Origin: Microbotryum violaceum | Lineage: Eukaryota | Reading direction: 5' to 3' | DNA length: 64,000 nt | Assembly (NCBI GenBank): GCA_001244265.2 | Contig: CDLV01000019.1 | Span: 310,001 to 374,000 of the forward strand | Part shown: piece after piece, positions 58,545 to 64,000 of the stretch | Numbering within the stretch: position 1 is the first letter of the stretch | Layout: every line of letters starts with the position of its first letter | Translations under genes and position numbers: made by a program | The notes under the pieces: generated by a model | The model's database searches: none | The model's input: the letters and a program-made list of their open reading frames with translations, nothing else | Told to the model about the DNA's origin: nothing

Positions 58545-60360
58545 TTACTTCTTCGCCTCCTCGACCTTCTTGGTGAGTTCGGGGACGGCTTCGAAGAGAT
58601 CGGCAACGAGCCCGTGGTCGGCGACTTGGAAAATGGGAGCATCCGGGTCCTGACAAAGGCGCGGAAAATAGCAGGATATGTCAGTCACGACACACTTCAA
58701 TATAGTAGAAGATCTTACCATACCTTGTTGATGGCGACAATTGTCTTCGAGTCCTTCATTCCTGCCAAATGCTGCAGAGCACCACTAATCCCGACGGCAA
58801 CGTAAAGGCTAGGAGCGACGACTTTCCCCGTCTGCCCGACCTGCTGCGAGTTGTCGGCGTAGCCCGAGTCGACGGCGGCTCGAGAAGCTCCGACGGCGGC
58901 TCCGAGCGCATCGGCGAGAGGGAAGATGATCGAGTCGAAGCTTTCCTTCGACTTCACCCCTCGACCACCGGAGACGACGGCTTGTGCCGAGCCGAGATCG
59001 GGACGCTCCGACTTTGTTAACTCTTCCGAGACCCATGCGGCTTGTTCTGCAAACCATCGTGAATAAACAGAGTAAGCTCCTGTGAGCCTCGATGCACTCT
59101 TTCAGGAACTCGCGACTTGCCTTTTCCAACCTCCTCGGCAGCTTTGGCATCGACTTCGGTCGCACCCTCGCCACTGACTGCGGCATCCCAAGAGGCCGAT
59201 CGGACGGTGAAGATCTTGATGCTGTCCGAAGATTTGACGGTTGCGATGGCGTTACCGGCATAGATTGGTCGTACAAAGGTGTCGGGCGACTCGATCGCCA
59301 TGACATCCGAGATCTGCGCCCATGTAGGGTAGTCTCAAGCTTCGGTCAGATCTTTCGACTATCTCCGAAAGAAGGACGCGAGGCGCAGACCCCTCCGACT
59401 CACCTGCTGGACGCCCAAAATACCCGCTACTCGAGGGAAGATGTTCTTACCCTGTGCCGAATGAGCGGCGGTGAGATGGGTATAGTTGCCCGACTTGACG
59501 AGCGCGGCGAGGACGGGCGCCAACGGTTCGGCGAGAGCGTGGGCCAAAGCAGGCGATGTTCGGTGCAAGAGGGCATCGAGCCCAAGCCTGGTGTTATAGA
59601 GAGATGTAGATAGAATATCGGTGAGACTGTCGTTCGGCGTGCTGAAATGGCCACTGCACTGTGAAGTACCACACCCAGTCCGATCTCCGAGGGGCGAGGC
59701 CAGGATGCGCCGGGGTTTGTCTACTTCGTTCCCGTGATGGGAACTGGTAGTGTTTTCCAGCCTCTTCCGAACCCACGCATATCCTATGCCACGTGGCCCT
59801 GCTGTAACAGGGTGTGCTGTGCACCGAGCTGCTTCCGGTCCGGACCGACGGCTGCTGGAAGCACTCCCACGACAGCTCATGACAGACGATGGAGTCCTCA
59901 TGGGATTGCACCGGCCCAAGAGCGTAAGATCCCCACGCGGTGATACAACGACAATCACTTGGTGACGTGCACTCGCAGCGGCACTACGACCGTTGATTTG
60001 GTTGCCGACCGCCCAGCGTCGTTGTCGCCGTCTCGCGCGTCCGAGTCGTCATCGAGTAGTGGACTGCCCGCGCTGCGTCGAGTAGCGAGCGAGCATGCTC
60101 TCTCGAAGAGAGCGAATGTCGAATCTTGGAACTTACTTTTGAGCACCCTCCACGACGGCCTTGGTCGAGGCCTCCTCACCCACGACGAGACCCGTGACGG
60201 TGCCGCCAAGCTTCCTCGCGGCGGTGATGGCGTTCAGAGAAGCCGGAACGATCTTGTCGTCCTTGTGCTCGATCAGCACCAACGCCGAGGGGGATGGCGG
60301 CGTGGCGTACGAGCGACGCGCCAAGGTGAAAACTCTAGAAGCGGAGGCGAAGCGCTGCAT
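58545..60360 (-). CDS. ETFA: electron transfer flavoprotein subunit alpha, mitochondrial
   Basis: Presequence [94 protein letters not shown]. Confidence 0.96.
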
Positions 60361-60867
60361 GTTGTGAGTGGAGGTAGGGGTGACGGTGGGTGGAAGAGTA
60401 AGCAAGAAAGCCGAGTCGCAGCGGACGGATGTGTCGGCTGCCAAGTTTCCCGCTGATTCGATCGTGATGCATGAGCAGCATTGGCAGTACTCTGGCAACC
60501 ACTTTGAAACGATTTTAGTCTGAATGGGCTGGTCACCAGTCCTATCGAGTCCCCTCTCATGGTGCCTACAGCTACTGCTAGCAGTCTGCCGTTATGAAAA
60601 GCTGATCTGTGCGGGTCGGCGACCGACTCCTACACACCAAAAAACACCGCGAAACCATTCGGTGGAACCCACAACCGCTTTCCCACGAACTCCATCTTCA
60701 AATGGACGGCTTAGCAGATCCCAGCTTTCTGCGTTCAGCTCGCCAAGCGCCCCTTTCCGGGGACGCCAGGATTCGCCGAACGGCAGCTGCTGGCGCTATT
60801 ACCCCACAGCACGCCCCCGGATGCCGGGTGCTCGTGAAGGCCGGCCCCAGTTCACTGATCGCCGTCA

Positions 60868-60910
60868 GGCAGAGCCGAGGCAGAGCCGAGGCAGAGCCGA
60901 GGCAGAGCCG
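60868..60910. repeat. 11-bp tandem repeat (GGCAGAGCCGA) x about 4 in the divergent ETFA/hydrolase intergenic region
   Basis: Read directly. Confidence 0.9.
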
Positions 60911-61073
60911 CGCCGGGGCTGCTGGAGCGCGCCAGTCGGTTGACAGTCGATGCTCAGCTGAGGTGGCTCCAAGTTCCAAACAGTTGCGCCAATACTCCTC
61001 ACCCTTCCTTCCTCTCCACCCTTCTTTTGCTCAACTAGCCAACCGTCACACCCAAATCTTACTCGCTCAGGTC

Positions 61074-61621
61074 ATGTCGTCCAACTCGTCCACCGCCTCG
61101 ATTGAGGGCCCGCAGGGTCTGTCGTTCTTCACCAAGACCTGGACTCCTCCGCAGGGAACGGCCACCGTCGCCACTGTCTGCTTCGTTCACGGGTTGAGTT
61201 CCTTGGCCTCTTCAGCACGGTACTTCGAACATCAGCACTGAATGCGACGTGTCCATCTCCCACGCCAGCTTCGTCGAGCATTTGCGCCGCTACGATCACG
61301 TGTTTGATCGGTTCGCTCAGCAAGGCCTTGCCGTCTTTGCCTACGATCAGCGTGGTCAGTCTTTGTTCATGGGAAAAGAGTGGAATGAGTCGTCATCGTT
61401 ACTGACGTTGAACTATCTATCCCCATCCTGCGTTTCCGCCTCGTGTCGTTCCATCTCGTCTCTCCTCGTGCTCCAATTGCCTCATCCGCTTGGGCTCTCG
61501 GTGCTCGGCTTCCTTGACCATGGACGGTTCTGGTGTCCGGCCCGGCTCGCTCCATCTCCTATTCTCTCTCGACACATTGCGGACCATCTTCACCACGTAT
61601 TGCTTTCATCTGATCATCTCG

Positions 61622-61678
<57 letters not shown>

Positions 61679-62983
61679 CGTTCATCTTTGTTTGCATATC
61701 ACGAACTTCGTCTGCACATCGCCACGTCACCGTTATGACTGGACCTCAACGCCTTGCCCCTGATGTCGAACGACCGTTGGCCCCGCGATTATAGGCTTCG
61801 GACAAACGGCCGTGGATCTCGGTGGCAACAATCAAGGCGTCACCTCGTGGCCGCAGCAACTCGCCGACCTCACCTTCTTTGTCGACCATGCTTCCAAGCT
61901 CAACCCCGATAAGCCACTCTTCTTGTATGGTCACTCCATGGGTATGTTCACGCTCAAATCCACCCCAAATTCGCGGAGATCGTTCCGCCGGGCTAACCAT
62001 TACCGAGTGACTTGCTCCGACCAGGCGGCGGAATAGCACTGGCTTTCCCGACGCGTGTCCCTCCCTCAGTCGGACTCGAAAAGATCAAAGGTGTGATCGC
62101 TGGTTCACCCTTGATCGAGCAATCTCCTGGCGTCAGGGCCTCGGCGATCGTCGTCACGCTCGGTGGTCTGGTCGGCAAAGTGAGCGGATCGCTCACGATG
62201 CCCGTTCAAGTCAAGCCGGAGGTGGGTCTATGCTCCATGCAGCGCCGAGGCGATGTTTCCTGCTGTACTGACGGAATGTAGCCCTTTAAAAGGATGTGTC
62301 AAGGGATCCCGAGGTGGCCAAGTTGTATGCTGCTGATCCTCTCTGCAAGCAACAAGGATCGTTCAGGGGACTGTCGGATATGCTCAAAGGGGTTCGTCGC
62401 AACTTCGCCTTGACGAGTGCGTACTTGCTTATCTGACGATGAGAACTTCAATACCATCTTTGATATGGACAGGGTGTAACGTTGTTGAACAAGGATTACA
62501 AGAACTGGCCCAAGGACTTGCCTCTCTTGGTCATCCACGGTGAAGATGACAAGGTTGATCCCCCAATAATCGTAATTCTTGACTAATCAGCCGAGCTGAC
62601 CCTGCACGGGTGAATGACTCTCTACAGGTCACTTGGTGCGAATCGAGCAAGAAGTTTGTCGAAAAGGTCCAGAAAGCAAGCGGAAACGCCGAGTACAAGG
62701 GGTACCCAGGATTCTACGTAAGCCTCAGCCTCGATCGGCATGCGGTGAAGTCGAACAAATCTGACCCCCCCCCCCCCCCCCCGCGCGTCTCCCGATTCAC
62801 GTATCGGGCTACTTCACACTGACGTAGCACGAGTTGCACAACGAGGTTAGTCTCTCATTTCAGCGACCTCCCAGGATGCTCGAACACTGATTCGGTCGCA
62901 TGTCTTCTTGTGTTTCACAGCCCGGAGAAGACAAGTGGATCGTCGTGAAGGACGTGACCGATTGGATCAAGGCCAAGCTCTAG
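61074..62983 (+). CDS. alpha/beta hydrolase, monoglyceride lipase/lysophospholipase-like (Hydrolase_4, YJU3-like)
   Basis: FVHG|FVEH, YDQRG|FG, nucleophile GHSMG|G, IHGEDD|VT, and an 18-nt exon HELHNE (62828-62845) carrying the catalytic His. Confidence 0.9.
61624..61678 (+). repeat. (GTGTTC)9 intronic microsatellite
   Basis: Read directly, inside an intron of the hydrolase gene. Confidence 0.92.
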
Positions 62984-64000
62984 ATTCGAGGCACCACACT
63001 CAGAGCTTGCTTTCCTCGAGAGAGGTGTTCGTCTCAGTCTTTGAACGTATAATCCAACGCATGCTTATGTCCTGTGCTGCCTAGTCTACGACGCGAGTTG
63101 AAAGAGAGAGGGGAGGGGGCTGTATTTTGCATTATGTGTCTTTTTTATGCCACGAATCGTTTGTGCTTTACCAGAGTCCACGCTCGTATGAGAGGAAGAG
63201 ACGTATTTGCGATACCGCGGCATTTCGGAGAATTACTAAATCGGATGGACTGCAGCGGCACCTTGCGACCTGTTGTTGCCTTAACCCCGGACACCCCTGT
63301 CTCGAACTCGGACATGGCCGCTGTCTATCTCAGCCAACTTCCCAGTCACACGGTCTTGACGACCTCTTAATACAAGTCCAAAAGTGTTCATATGCTTTGT
63401 TTGTGTTCGAGTGGGAAAGGATTGTTTTTTCTAAGTCGTTTGCCCACAGCTTTACAGCCAGCCATCGACACCGACAAGATTTGCGCGTCCGCTCTCATCT
63501 CGCACGACACCGTTCTCGGAATTCTCCTCGCTGCGACCTGGCTAACGGTAAGCTTCCAAGAAACGATTTTGGCCGCTGGCCCTCGGTTGATTCTATTACG
63601 CGGGAAGCAACGGTCACGGTCAGAGGGTTTGTACGATATCTTTCATCCCATCTAAAGCGGCTGTTTAGGACTGGTCCTGACTTGAACAAGAGGTGATCAC
63701 AGTTCGATATTGGTTTATTTTCCTAGGACTACGGGGGTCCAGGTGGCCTATTCCCTCTCTATCAGGTTCTTCCCTTGATTCCCGGAGAGTAAGTTAGCTT
63801 CTCTGCTATAGTTTCCACATGTCAACAGTCGTCTCTACAATCCTCACCTCATACTAAAAGCATTCATTGCGGTACTTCCCTTTTCGCGTCACATTGCAAG
63901 ATCCCCCACCTTCCTAGCTCAAGAAGACGTCATCAACACCTTACGACTCCTCGTACCCTCGCCTGTCCCACTACACGTCGTTGCTTGCGCCGAAGGTGAG

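Noticed and set aside
63074-63696. Possible gene in the overlapping ORFs at the window end
   Set aside because: No recognisable motifs or coherent exon chain; cannot be supported from sequence alone.

Overview
Eukaryotic, GC-rich DNA with many GT..AG introns. The gene set and transposon types point to a basidiomycete fungus, plausibly Pucciniomycotina/Microbotryomycetes (inference, not verifiable here). Gene-dense flanks (1-27.4 kb and 49.7-63 kb) surround a transposon-rich block of about 22 kb (27.6-49.5 kb) that has one amino-acid permease island. The flanks carry a BRD8-like gene end, PHAF1/UPF0183, a Zn2Cys6 factor, a CAF16-like ABC ATPase, COG5, an uncharacterised multi-zinc-finger protein, G6PD, RPS20, a NIF/FCP1-like protein, a Tag1-like membrane protein, an NCS2 purine permease, ETF alpha and a monoglyceride-lipase-like hydrolase. 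The central block holds Helitron, copia and chromovirus debris. The most striking item is an apparently full-length DNA transposon of about 6.5 kb (about 42.99-49.48 kb) bounded by inverted repeats. It encodes an intron-split protein joining a Ulp1/C48-like cysteine protease and Cys/His motifs to a transposase with P-element/THAP9-type motifs, and shows only two visible lesions. Also notable: a 4-nt microexon, a 360-bp MITE-like element, and a Helitron-type hairpin+CTAG end preceded by a minisatellite. All family assignments come from motif recognition by eye, not from database searches, and exon boundaries are approximate.
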